Of a stretch of DNA of 64,000 nucleotides, positions 27,331 to 42,637 are shown piece after piece (the first letter of the stretch is position 1; every line of letters starts with the position of its first letter). Where the stretch lies: positions 9,344,001-9,408,000 of the forward strand of contig CP068257.2 in assembly GCA_009914755.4 (NCBI GenBank), in the 5' to 3' direction. The notes below the pieces were generated by a model, which was not told the DNA's origin, did not search any database, and saw only the letters and a list, made by a program, of their open reading frames with translations. Both the position numbers and the translations under genes were made by a program. The DNA comes from the human T2T-CHM13v2.0 reference genome, Homo sapiens.

Positions 27331-30300
27331 AAGGGAACTTTCTTTTTTACCATCTAGCCTTCACCTTGGCAGGGAGACAGGTGTTTTGAGTAGAAACACT
27401 TCAACTCGACATGTCAAACCAGTGCTTCAGCAGAGCTGTGTCTGGCCCGCCCACCTCTCCCCTACCCTCGGTTTTGGTCCAGAGTCTATTCTGAATGTCT
27501 GATGTCTCTCTTGGTTAGTGTGATTGAAATACGGCAGAAAGCCGATTGCATCGTGTGGGGAAGTTGAAATCAATGCAACCAACAATTATATTAACGGTCT
27601 AGTTAAGAATAAAAAAGTAATAAAACAGACGTGCCTTGGTGAACATTTATTTTCTATGGAGAAATAAACATAGTTGCTGCTTTTGGACTCCACCCTGGGC
27701 AACAAGGTAATGAATGTGGAGTTAGGTGGTGACTAAAGAATTTGGATTCTTTCCTCCAGGTTACAATGCTCGTTAAGGGGCAGCCTGTAATGAAACCTGC
27801 GATATGTGCTAGAACCAACTAAATGATTATTTTAAAAGTCACAGTCTGCATGGGGCTTCATAAATTCACGCCAGGGAGAGCTGTCTAATGGGATTGCCAC
27901 CTTCCACCCCCAACGCAGACTTCAAAGCTCCTTGCTAGGTCTCCACTCAAAGGCTTATCCCATGGCCCGAGCAAGGAAGGCCTTTGTGTGTGAAAACACC
28001 TGCCACCCAGCTTCAGGAGCACTGAGCGCTTTCGGCATGGCCGTCCCCACTGGCCCACATGGCATTTCTTACAGTGAGCTTGGTTTTTGACTGCATTGTT
28101 TTGCTTAACAAGCTGTTTTTTTTCTACAGATGTAACCTTTTCCTGTGTTTCCTGACTGGGACATCAGCCAGGTATTCTAGCCAACTTTGGTAGATATATA
28201 TCATTGTTTTTGTGCCAGGCTTGTTTTAAAAAATCTACCTATTGCTTGCCCTGATCAATCCATCACTACCCTTGAAAAGGTCATGGTTCTCTCATCAGGA
28301 AACTTTTCAAAAATCCTTGGCTGTGATTTATCTTATGTTATGGGCTCTGACAGTGATTCTCAGGAAGTGAGGCCCATTAGTTTCTTGTAAGGTCACTCCC
28401 CTGCTGTTGCATGCAGAGTGAGTATCAGTTGTGCTTGCCTGAGTTTGAAGCATCCTCTTGGGTGATTTCAAGGGGGGCAAAGGCAGGGCCATGACTGGTT
28501 TCTGTGTGGAGACTCACACGGGTGAGACAGGTGATCCATGGTGGAGAGGGAGGGTGTCTCTTGTAGGTGCTAGAGCCTCAAAGATAGCTCTTATTTTCAA
28601 TCCTGCTTCTCCAAGATTCAGTTCACAAAGATAAGCATGCCTGGAAATATTTAATATTTTATCTTATTATATTCATATTCTGTGGTTGTTTAAAAATTCT
28701 TCAGTATGTTATAAACAAATGTTTCTGATTGCCCATAAGCTTCGTAGGGACATTAATTATTACTGACATGAGAAATTAAAGGCAGCCTAGATATTATTTT
28801 TAGGAATTACAGCATTTGAAAATCATATTCAGTGAATTTCAGAGAAATTATATCTATACTATTTAACACCGAGTAATGTTTAGTGAAAGGGTCAGACACT
28901 TTGGGGTAAAAAGCGGCATTATGAAGTCAAATAATTTGTTTTCATGTTTAGGAAGACATTTTTAGGGATATAGTTTTGGTTATATGAATTCTTTGTGATA
29001 AGGGCAAAATCAGATATTATACAGGAAGCATTTATGATACCCATTCAATTGTAAGATCTCACTATTTTCCCATTCAATAATCTCAGCCACCTAAAATACG
29101 TCCAGTGTATATTTTCTGTTCTTTCTAGATATATCGTCATTTCAAATGCTCATTTCAGCCATGATCATTTATTCCAGAAGCACTTGTTAGGACATTATAC
29201 TTATTTCCTTTAAGTATAAGGTCCTGTGTTGACTACTGAGAATGAAAAACTGAACAAGACAGAAAGTCCCACCTTGAAGAGCTTCCAAGTGTAGCGAGTC
29301 TCCTGGCATCAGGTATGGCTGGTATCATGGAAACACTCGGCTGACTGTCCAGGAGATGCTGGTTAAGAGGTGGAAGGTGATGGCGTGAAATCAAGTTCAG
29401 GTTCAGGGGACACTCCTGAGAGCATTCCTGCCCTGTCCCCGTGGCCTGAGCGGCCTTCTCAGTTGCACAGGTAGGTTTTCTCTGCTCTGCACTCCCTCTG
29501 TCCCAAGGTACCCTTTAGCAAAGTGTAAATTTGTAAGAGTGGTTAGCCCTGGACTTTATCTCAAGTCTGTAATAAGGGCACCTACACTAAGACTGAAACT
29601 GGAACATGCTATTGGTGATCAAAACATCAGTGTTAATAAGTCACTTAAGTTACATTTATGGACTGGAGAAAGAAATGGAAGAAAATCAGAGTACAAATAA
29701 TAAATGGTTACCAGGTCCCTAGATCTGAAAGGGCGAATACATTCATGCAGTAGGTGTCCAGGATACTCATGTGGTCCTCCTTCATGCTTAGGAACACAGA
29801 CGCTCATCTTCACTATGCAAACCAGAGCCTGCGTGCCTTTCGTGGTCCTTCATATTTGCAGTGTGTGGGTTGGAGTTGCTTTCTTAGCCATGAAAGTGAC
29901 TGAAGGGAATATCAGAGTCTGTTAATGAATGATGCTTAGAGATTTCATTTTCAAAATATATTTTTAAATTACCTAATTATATGATATTGTATTGGAAAGT
30001 TCTTAGATTAGGTTTCACTTTAGAAATGTGATTTGGCCCTAAGAGTGATAGGAAAGAAATATGTTCCTAATTATTCTCAGATAATTAAAATTCATGCTGT
30101 TCTTTATGCTTGTTGAATTAAACATAAAGGGAAGACATCTTATTGTTTAATAATTAAAATAATTTGAATTAGATTTTAAATTGGCCTCAGGAAGATCACC
30201 TTGGTTCATTTACTGATAATACATTCCAAAACTGATGATTCTAACTACTTACCTTTGAAGGAAAAAATTTGGCTTTTTTTCCTCATTTCTTCTCTCCCTC

Positions 30301-31918
30301 CTCCTTGAGAGTAATGTGGTGTGGTGGAAGAAAGATTTGCTGAGTGTTTGGAAGCTTACGTTTTAGCTTGGCCTCCAATATTTCCTCATAGTAAATCTCT
30401 AAAGCCCTTTGAATTCTTTGAATTCAATTTCCTCTGTGGCAAAATGGAGCTAGTAATGCAACCTCATGCAAACAACAGAGACTCAGATGAGAGAACTGAT
30501 ATGAAGACATTAATACAGCTGCAAAACATTATATAAATGCAAGGTATTATAATTACTAGTTCTGGTTCAATACAAGGCACTCCATGCATGTGGAAAATAA
30601 CTACCTATGGCCAAAAGGCGCATCATGAGTGTCTCCTCCTGCCACGGCTCCCCAGGTCTTCCGTCATCCCATTTCATTCCTAGAGGCAACCACTGTTCCT
30701 GGTGAGTGCTAAGGACCTTCTGGAAATAGCGACACAGCAAGAGATTTTGCTAAGTATGTTTAATAGACATAGGGCCCACTTCCCAGGAGAATACCTTTTA
30801 ATTTTAGTAGGACACAGTTTTCTCAAGATTTGCTCAAGATTTAAGGAATCGTACTTGCTCAAGATTTAAGGAATACCACTTAGGAATTTTTTTGGTTAAA
30901 ATAGAAAAGAGTAGGATCTGTATGCTGTTAGCTTGCTGAACCAGCCATTTCTCAGATGTGGGGTGAAATTCATGGAGTACCACCGAAGGGGTGGAAATAA
31001 CACAAGGAGCATGAGGTATCAGCCACATAGCTGCCTTCACTACCCAAAAGGTAGCATTTCTTTTCAAAGCTGTTTCTCCCCTTTCTCGTTTGTAGATCAC
31101 TGGGTGACAGCTCTGACAGAAACGAATAGCAGGTGGGATGACATGCGTTCGTGGGATTTAGGTTATAGTTTGGCTGTAACATATTGCTGTGTCTCTTTTT
31201 CCAGACATGCCTTCATTTCGTAGGCTCAACACCTCTTTTCAACGTAATGATTAGATTCAAGGCCTGCATTTCAGTCAAGACGTAGTCACGAGTCACTGTG
31301 TTCTTATTGTCACAGCTGGGGCTTCAAGCCCACATCAGCTCTTCCAGAAGATCAAGGGAGTCAGGCCACCCAGGAGCAGAGGAGAGGATGTCCCTCAAGA
31401 ATGAGACAGGAAATGCAGAGGAAATGGGACACCACCTGTCCTGGAAGACAAGGCCAGTCACGGTCTCGTAGCACTCATTCTAGGCAATCCACCCACCCAT
31501 GAGGGGAAACGTGGGGAAGAAGAAAGCTTCCCTGCCTGAGACACGTATGGAAGCCAAGAGCTCCTGGGTCATGATACCTGCCCAATTAAGCAGAAACAGG
31601 TTTGGAGACAGAAACGATCATGACACGGACCTCCAGGAAGTGTCTCCTTGACGGACTGGGAAGTCATCTTTGTTGAAGGCATTCGGCCAGAGTGAAACGC
31701 ATCCAGGCCCCTGAGAAATAGGGGAGGCAGAGCCAGAGGGAGGAGAGAGCAGAGGCCAGAGCACAGGCAGGATACAGCACTGTGCCACGGCCACGGGTGT
31801 AAGGGGTGGGGTTCCAAAAGGGTGGCTTGTCCAGAGAGGCCAGCGTTCCAGTGACAGGGATTGTTGCCATCTTCCATTCCCGGTTTCCTCTTGCTGACTG
31901 TATCGTGGAGTGGCTTCA

Positions 31919-32041
<123 letters not shown>

Positions 32042-32107
32042 CTAGAAAAGAGGCTGCACAGGATGGGGATGAGATTTCACTTGCTCCGGGAGCGACGCGT
32101 CTTCTCA

Positions 32108-32776
<669 letters not shown>

Positions 32777-33603
32777 CTAAGACAACCGTGGGAACCACTG
32801 TGACGGGAGAAACCGCTCGCGCCTAGCGCATGCGCATTGGCTGAGCCGACTCACGCTCCACTCCTGACAGATAGGCTGCGTCCCCTTTAAATATCGCCAC
32901 CGCTGCGTGGCGGCAGCGATGCTCCTGCTGCCGCCCCGGCAGCGCCTGTGTCCTGGGTCCTGTTTCAGGCGGCGTGGGAGAGGGGGCGACGGGTGTCTGG
33001 TCCTGTCCCACGCCCAAACCCCCAGGGCTCCTGTCCTCAGGACCTGCTTCAGCCGACTTCCACCAAGGGAGGGGGAGCTTCAGGATGCCTGCTGTGTTCT
33101 CTGGACTCCCGTTGAGATCCCATTCTGGCCCCTCCGAGTGACATAGGATGGGCTCACCACATGTGGTCAGGCCGGCAGGGCCTCGCTGCAGCACACAATG
33201 ACCCCATAGGTCTCAAGGCCTAGTGTCAGAGCAAACTCATTCATCCATCAGCCCTCTGCCTCCCTCCTCCTTTGAAAGAGCAGTGGCCTGCCCCGCTTGT
33301 AAAAGCCGAGGGGTTCCGGAAAGCCGACCATGCTTTACAGGACAACTGCAAAGAGGAAGAGAGGCGAAATCCAGGGGGAGACCATGTGACCACGCGTGGC
33401 ACTGGCCAATCCCACAGCAGTTGGTGTTAACGTGTGACACCGGAGGCAAACGGGGCGACGGCGAAACGAAGGGTGGGGTCCATGCACGTGCCGGTGGAAG
33501 GGGGAAACGGGTGACCTTTCCGTCAATGCCAAGGAAAATCAAACAACACCTGGGACCCAGAGGGTGTGGGGGACGTCTGTGCCTGACCCAAGCCACGTTT
33601 TCA

Positions 33604-34182
<579 letters not shown>

Positions 34183-36036
34183 CTAAGACAACCGTGGGAA
34201 CCACTGGGACGGGAGAAACCGCTGGCGCCTCACGCATGCGCATTGGCTGAGCCGACTCACGCTCCACTCCTGACAGATAGGCTGCGTCCCCTTTAAATAT
34301 CGCCACCGCCGCGCGGCGGCCGCGATGCTCCTGCTGCCGCCCCGGCGTCGGCTGTGTCCTGGGTCCTGTTTGGGGCGGCGTGGGAGCGGGGGCCGCGGGG
34401 GTCTCGTCGTGTCACAGGCCCAAACCCCCAGGGCTCCTGTCCTCAGGACCTGCTTGAGCCGATTTCCAGCGAGGGAGGGGGAGCTTCAGGACGCCTGCTG
34501 TGTGCTCCGGACTCCCGTTGAGATCCCATTCTGGCCCCCTCCGAGTGACATAGGATGGGCTCACCACATGTGGTCAGGCCGGCAGGGCCTCGCTGCAGCA
34601 CACAATGACCCCATAGGTCTCAAGGCCTAGTGTCAGAGCAAATTCACCGATCCATCACCCCTCTGCCTCCTTCCTCCTTTGAAAGAGCAGTGGCCTGCCC
34701 CGCTTGTAAAAGCCCAGGGGTTCCGGAAAGCCGAACGCGCTTTACAGGACAACTGCAAAGAGGAACAGAGGCGAAACCCAGGGGGAGACCATGTGACCAC
34801 GCGTGGCACTGGCCAATCCCACAGCAGTTGGTGTTAATGTATGTCACCGGAGGCATACGGGGCGACGGCGAAACGAAGGGTGGGGTCCAGGCATATGCCG
34901 GTGGAAGGGGCAAACGGGTGACATTTCCGTCAATGCCAAGGAAAATCAAACAACACCTGGGAACCGTGGGGTAGGGGGGCTTCCTGTGCCTGACCTAAGC
35001 CACGTTTTCAAATGCCTACCAGAGGAGCAAAGAGGTTTCTGCCAATTTCGCAACACCCCCAATCCTCCACCGACCTGGTAGCCCTGACGCAACTTCGGCT
35101 GGTACAAACCCACAGAGAGTGGGAAAGAAACACACAGAGAGTGAGAGACAGAGAGAGAAGAGAGAATGGGAGACACACACAGACACACACGCACACACAC
35201 GCAGAGTCATACAGCAGAGGCATTGAAACACACACTCCCAGGCAACCCCTGAGGATCCGGGGTTCTGCTCTGGAGGAGAACGACCCTCGGGTGAGAGAGC
35301 GGCCCAGGAGCACGCAGGCCGACCAGTCCTCGAGATCACTGACCGCGGCGCGACTTTTGGCGAGACTCACCCCAACAAACACCGTCCGTGCAGGCCTGAG
35401 GCTGGGATCCCGTGCTGCTTCCCCGGTCTCCACCTGGGGTTTCATCTTCATAGTCGGCCCTTTGCGACTGCTGGCATCAGGAGAGTTTCCCTTCGAGCCC
35501 GTGGAGAGGTGAGACCGGAGCCTCAGAGCCTCGATATCCAAGCACTGCCACGGAGGGCTCCTGCTCTGCAAAGCCTCGGGGACTGGTTTCTAAGACAACC
35601 GTGGGAACCACTGTGACCGGAGAAACCGCTGGGGCCTCGCGCATGCGCATTGGCTGAGCCGACTCACGCTCCACTCCTGACAGATAGGCTGCGTCCCCTT
35701 TAAATATTGCCACCGCCACGCGGCGGCCGCGATACTCCTGCTGCCGCCGCGGCAGCGGCTGTGTCCTGGGTCCTGTTTGGGGTGGCATGGGAGAGGGGAC
35801 CGCGGGTGTCTCGTCCTGTCCCAGGCCCAAACCCCCAGGGCTCCTGTCCTCAGGACCTGCTTGAGCCGACTTCCACCAAGGGAGGGGGAGCTTCAGGACG
35901 CCTGCTGTGTTCTCTGGACTCCCGTTGAGATCCCATTCTGGCCCCCTCCGAGTGACATAGGATGGGCTCACCACATGTGATCAGGCCGGCAGGGCCTCGC
36001 TGCAGCACACAATGACCCCATAGGTCTCAAGGCCTA

Positions 36037-37443
36037 GTGTCAGAGCAAACTCACTCATCCATCAGCCCTCTGCCTCCCTCCTCCTTTGAAAGTGCAGTGG
36101 CCTGCCCCGCTTGTAAAAGCCCAGGGGTTCGGGAAAGCCGAACGCGCTTTACAGGACAACTGCAAAGAGGAACAGAGGCGAAACCCAGGGGGAGACCATG
36201 TGACCACGCGTGGCACTGGCCAATCCCACAGCAGTTGGTGTTAATGTGTGTCACCGGAGGCATACGGGGCGACGGCGAAATGAAGGGTGGGGTCCAGGGA
36301 TATGCCGGTGGAAGGGGGAAACGGGTGACATTTCCGTCAACGCCAAGGAAAAACAAACAACACCTGGGAACCGTGGGGTAGGGGGGCCTCCTGTGCCTGA
36401 CCCAAGCCACGTTTTCAAATGCCTACCAGAGGAGCAAAGAGGTTTCGGCCAATTTCGCAACACCCCCAATCCTCCACCGACCTGGTAGCCCTGACGCAAC
36501 TTCGGCTGGTACAAACCCACAGAGAGTGGGAAAGAAACACACAGAGAGTGAGAGACAGAGAGAGAAGAGAGAATGGGAGACACACACAGACACACACGCA
36601 CACACACGCAGAGTCATACAGCAGAGGCATTGAAACACACACTCCCAGGCAACCCCTGAGGATCCGGGGTTCTGCTCTGGAGGAGAACGACCCTCGGGTG
36701 AGAGAGCGGCCCAGGAGCACGCAGGCCGACCAGTCCTCGAGATCACTGACCGCGGCGCGACTTTTGGCGAGACTCACCCCAACAAACACCGTCCGTGCAG
36801 GCCTGAGGCTGGGATCCCGTGCTGCTTCCCCGGTCTCCACCTGGGGTTTCATCTTCATAGTCGGCCCTTTGCGACTGCTGGCATCAGGAGAGTTTCCCTT
36901 CGAGCCCGTGGAGAGGTGAGACCGGAGCCTCAGAGCCTCGATATCCAAGCACTGCCACGGAGGGCTCCTGCTCTGCAAAGCCTCGGGGACTGGTTTCTAA
37001 GACAACCGTGGGAACCACTGTGACCGGAGAAACCGCTGGGGCCTCGCGCATGCGCATTGGCTGAGCCGACTCACGCTCCACTCCTGACAGATAGGCTGCG
37101 TCCCCTTTAAATATTGCCACCGCCACGCGGCGGCCGCGATACTCCTGCTGCCGCCGCGGCAGCGGCTGTGTCCTGGGTCCTGTTTGGGGTGGCATGGGAG
37201 AGGGGACCGCGGGTGTCTCGTCCTGTCCCAGGCCCAAACCCCCAGGGCTCCTGTCCTCAGGACCTGCTTGAGCCGACTTCCACCAAGGGAGGGGGAGCTT
37301 CAGGACGCCTGCTGTGTTCTCTGGACTCCCGTTGAGATCCCATTCTGGCCCCCTCCGAGTGACATAGGATGGGCTCACCACATGTGATCAGGCCGGCAGG
37401 GCCTCGCTGCAGCACACAATGACCCCATAGGTCTCAAGGCCTA
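36037..37443 (+). repeat. Representative complete monomer of the array (1407 bp), identical to its neighbour at 37444-38851 across every six-frame ORF pair compared
   Basis: Identical ORF translations at 36037/37444, 36415..36978 / 35008..35571 and 36884..37381 / 35477..35974. Confidence 0.9.
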
Positions 37444-37832
37444 GTGTCAGAGCAAACTCACTCATCCATCAGCCCTCTGCCTCCCTCCTCCTTTGAAAGT
37501 GCAGTGGCCTGCCCCGCTTGTAAAAGCCCAGGGGTTCGGGAAAGCCGAACGCGCTTTACAGGACAACTGCAAAGAGGAACAGAGGCGAAACCCAGGGGGA
37601 GACCATGTGACCACGCGTGGCACTGGCCAATCCCACAGCAGTTGGTGTTAATGTGTGTCACCGGAGGCATACGGGGCGACGGCGAAATGAAGGGTGGGGT
37701 CCAGGGATATGCCGGTGGAAGGGGGAAACGGGTGACATTTCCGTCAACGCCAAGGAAAAACAAACAACACCTGGGAACCGTGGGGTAGGGGGGCCTCCTG
37801 TGCCTGACCCAAGCCACGTTTTCAAATGCCTA

Positions 37833-38405
<573 letters not shown>

Positions 38406-38454
38406 CTAAGACAACCGTGGGAACCACTGTGACGGGAGAAACCGCTGGCGCCTA

Positions 38455-38550
38455 GCGCATGCGCATTGGCTGAGCCGACTCACGCTCCACTCCTGACAGA
38501 TAGGCTGCGTCCCCTTTAAATATCGCCACCGCCGCGCGGCGGCAGCGATG
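38455..38550 (+). promoter_or_regulatory. Per-monomer promoter-like cassette (one representative instance of ~23): NRF1 palindrome GCGCATGCGC (38455-38464), inverted CCAAT ATTGG (38465-38469), TATA-like TTTAAATA (38515-38522), ATG (38548)
   Basis: Motifs read directly. The same block gcgcatgcgcattggctgagccgactcacgctccactcctgacagataggctgcgtcccctttaaatat(c/t)gccaccgcc(g/a)cgcggcggc(c/a)gcgatgctcctgctgccgcc recurs in every monomer, for example at 32826, 35639, 37046 and 39870. Function is an inference. Confidence 0.4.
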
Positions 38551-39042
38551 CTCCTGCTGCCACCCCGGCAGCGCCTGTGTCCTGGGTCCTGTTTCAGGCG
38601 GCGTGGGAGAGGGGGCCACGGGTGTCTGTTCCTGTCCCAGGCCCAAACCCCCAGGGCTCCTGTCCTCAAGACCTGCTTGAGCCGACTTCCACCAAGGGAG
38701 GGGGAGCTTCAGGACGCCTGCTGTGTTCTCTGGACTCCCGTTGAGATCCCATTCTGCCCCCTCCGAGTGACATAGGATGGGCTCACCACACGTGATCAGG
38801 CCGGCAGGGCCTCGCTGCAGCACAAAATGATCCCATAGGTCTCAAGGCCTAGTGTCAGAGCAAATTCACTCATCCATCAGCCCTCTGCCTCCCTCCTCCT
38901 TTGAAAGAGCAGTGGCCTACCCCGCTTGTAAAAGCCCAGGGGTTCCGGAAAGCCGACTGTGCTTAACAGGACAACTGCAAAGAGGAAGAGTGGCGAAATC
39001 CAGGGGGAGACCATGTGACCACGCGTGGCACTGGCCAATCCC

Positions 39043-39063
39043 ACAGCAGTTGGTGTTAACGTG
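39043..39063 (+). promoter_or_regulatory. Direct CCAAT box (ggccaatcc) about 25 bp after a perfect 10-bp palindrome CCACGCGTGG (one representative instance of the per-monomer motif)
   Basis: gaccacgcgtggcactggccaatcccacagcagttgg is present in each monomer. The CCAAT is destroyed by a 1-bp deletion in the monomers at 41674 and 61395. Confidence 0.35.
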
Positions 39064-42061
39064 TGACACCGGAGGCAAACGGGGCGACGGCGAAACGAAG
39101 GGTGGGGTCCATGCACGTGCCGGTGGAAGGGGGAAACGGCTGACCTTTCCGTCAATGCCAAGGAAAATCAAACAACACCTGGGACCCGGAGGGTGTGGGG
39201 GACGTCTGTGCCTGACCCAAGCCACGTTTTCAAATGCCTACCAGAGGAACAAAGATGTTTCTGCCAATTTTGCAACACCCCCAATCCTCCACCGACCTCG
39301 TAGCCCTGAAGCAACTTCGGCTGGCATAAACCCACAAAGAGTGGGAAAGAAACACACAGAGACTGAGAGACAGAGGGAGAAGAGAGAATGGGAGACAAAC
39401 ACACAGACACACACACACACACGCAGAGTCATACAGCAGAGGCATTGAAACACACACACCCAGGCAACCCCTGAGGCTCCGAGGCTCCGGGGTTCTGCTC
39501 TGGAGGAGAACGACCCTCGGGTGAGAGAGCAGCCCAGGGGCACGCAGGCCGACCCGTCCTCGAGATCACGGACAGCGGCGCGACTTTTGGCGAGACTCAC
39601 CCCAACAAACACCGTCCGTGCAGGCCTGAGGCTGGGATCCCGTGCTGCTTCCCCGGTCTCCACCTGGGGTTTCATCTTCATAGTCGGCCCTTTGCGACTG
39701 CTGGCATCAGGAGAGTTTCCCTTCGAGCCAGTGGAGAGGTGAGACCGGAGCCTCAGAGCCTCGATACCCAAGCACTGCCACGGAGGGCTCCTGCTCTGCA
39801 AAGCCTCGGGGACTGGTTTCTAAGACAACCGTGGGAACCACTGTGACCCGAGAAACCGCTGGGGCCTCGCGCATGCGCATTGGCTGAGCCGACTCACGCT
39901 CCACTCCTGACAGATAGGCTGCGTCCCCTTTAAATATCGCCACCGCCGCGCGGCGGCCGCGGTGCTCCTGCTGCCGCCCCGGCGTCGGCTGTGTCCTGGG
40001 TCCTGTTTGGGGCGGCGTGGGAGCGGGGGCCACGGGTATCTGGTCTTGTCCCAGGCCCAAACCCCCAGGGCTCCTGTCCTCAGGACCTGCTTGAGCCGAC
40101 TTCCACCAAGGGAGGGGGAGCTTCAGGACGCCTGCTGTGTTCTCTGGACTCCCGTTGAGATCCCATTCTGGCCCCCTCCGAGTGACATAGGATGGGCTCA
40201 CCACACGTGGTCAGGCCGGCAGGGCCTCGCTGCAGCACAAAATGATCCCATACGTCTCAAGGCCTAGTGTCAGAGCAAATTCACTCATACATCAGCCATC
40301 TGCCTCCCTCCTCCTTTGAAAGAGCAGTGGCCTACCCCGCTTGTAAAAGCCCAGGGGTTAAGGAAAGCCGACCGTGCTTAAAAGGACAACTGCAAAGAGG
40401 AAGAGAGGCGAAATCCAGGGGGAGACCATGTGACCACGCGTGGCACTGGCCAATCCCACAGCAGTTGGTGTTAACGTGTGACACCGGAGGCAAACGGGGC
40501 GACGGCGAAACGAAGGGTGGGGTCCATGCACGTGCCGGTGGAAGGGGGAAACGGGTGACCTTTCCATCAATGCCAAGGAAAATCAAACAACACCTGGGAC
40601 CCGGAGGGTGTGGGGGACGTCTGTGCCTGACCCAAGCCACGTTTTCAAATGCCTACCAGAGGAACAAAGATGTTTCTGCCAATTTCGCAACACCCCCAAT
40701 CCTCCACCGACCTCGTAGCCCTGAAGCAACTTCGGCTGGCACAAACCCACAAAGAGTGGGAAAGAAACACACAGAGACTGAGAGACAGAGGGAGAAGAGA
40801 GAATGGGAGACAAACACACAGACACACACACACACACGCAGAGTCATACAGCACAGTCATTGAAACACACACCCCCAGGCAACCCCTGAGGCTCGGGGGT
40901 TCTGCTCTGGAGGAGAACGACCCTCGGGTGAGAGAGCAGCCCAGGGGCACGCAGGCCGACCCGTCCTCGAGATCACGGACAGCGGCGCGACTTTTGGCGA
41001 GACTCACCCCAACAAACACCGTCCGTGCAGGCCTGAGGCTGGGATCCCGTGCTGCTTCCCCGGTCTCCACCTGGGGTTTCATCTTCATAGTCGGCCCTTT
41101 GCGACTGCTGGCATCAGGAGAGTTTCCCTTCGAGCCAGTGGAGAGGTGAGACCGGAGCCTCAGAGCCTCGATACCCAAGCACTGCCACGGAGGGCTCCTG
41201 CTCTGCAAAGCCTCGGGGACTGGTTTCTAAGACAACCGTGGGAACCACTGTGACCCGAGAAACCGCTGGGGCCTCGCGCATGCGCATTGGCTGAGCCGAC
41301 TCACGCTCCACTCCTGACAGATAGGCTGCGTCCCCTTTAAATATCGCCACCGCCGCGCGGCGGCCGCGATGCTCCTGCTGCCGCCTCGAAGGCGGCTGTG
41401 TCCTGGGTCCTGTTTGGGGTGGCATGGGAGAGGGGACCGCGGGTGTCTCGTCCTGTCCCAGGCCCAAACCCCCAGGGCTCCTGTCCTCAGGACCTGCTTG
41501 AGCCGACTTCCACCAAGGGAGGGGGAGCTTCAGGACGCCTGCTGTGTTCTCTGGACTCCCGTTGAGATCCCATTCTGGCCCCCTCCGAGTGACATAGGAT
41601 GGGCTCACCACATGTGGTCAGGCCGGCAGGGCCTCGCTGCAGCACACAATGACCCCATAGGTCTCAAGGCCTAGTGTCAGAGCAAACTCACTCATCCATC
41701 AGCCCTCTGCCTCCCTCCTCCTTTGAAAGTGCAGTGGCCTGCCCCGCTTGTAAAAGCCCAGGGGTTCCGGAAAGCCGAACGCGCTTTACAGGACAACTGC
41801 AAAGAGGAACAGAGGCGAAACCCAGGGGGAGACCATGTGACCACGCGTGGCACTGGCAATCCCACAGCAGTTGGTGTTAATGTGTGTCACCGGAGGCATA
41901 CGGGGCGACGGCGAAACGAAGGGTGGGGTCCAGGCATATGCCGGTGGAAGGGGGAAACGGGTGACATTTCCGTCAGTGCCAAGGAAAATCAAACCACACC
42001 TGGGAACCGGGAGGTGGGGGTGCCGACTGTGCCTGACGCAAGCCACGTTTTCAAATGCCTA

Positions 42062-42637
<576 letters not shown>

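Noticed and set aside
34325-34630. 101-aa ORF MLLLPPRRRLCPGSCLG... with a true ATG placed just downstream of the NRF1/CCAAT/TATA-like cassette in most monomers
   Set aside because: Tempting as a per-unit gene, but the ATG is lost in at least 8 monomers (ATA or GTG). The monomers at 32907 and 38548 truncate early (…CPLRVT). The sequence is low-complexity with no domain, and the opposite strand is equally open. I kept the promoter-like cassette as a finding but not the CDS
35690-35730. Possible CTCF site (gccaccgccgcgcggcggccgc / ccaccaagggagggggagc)
   Set aside because: Only weak resemblance to the CTCF core (CCASYAGRKGGCRSY) on manual comparison. It would need a PWM scan, so it is not claimed
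36905-36920. 5' splice-donor-like GAGGTGAGA about 130 bp upstream of each NRF1 cassette
   Set aside because: GGTGAG occurs by chance at this frequency in 1.4 kb of GC-rich DNA. There is no paired acceptor or polypyrimidine evidence. Not reported as a feature
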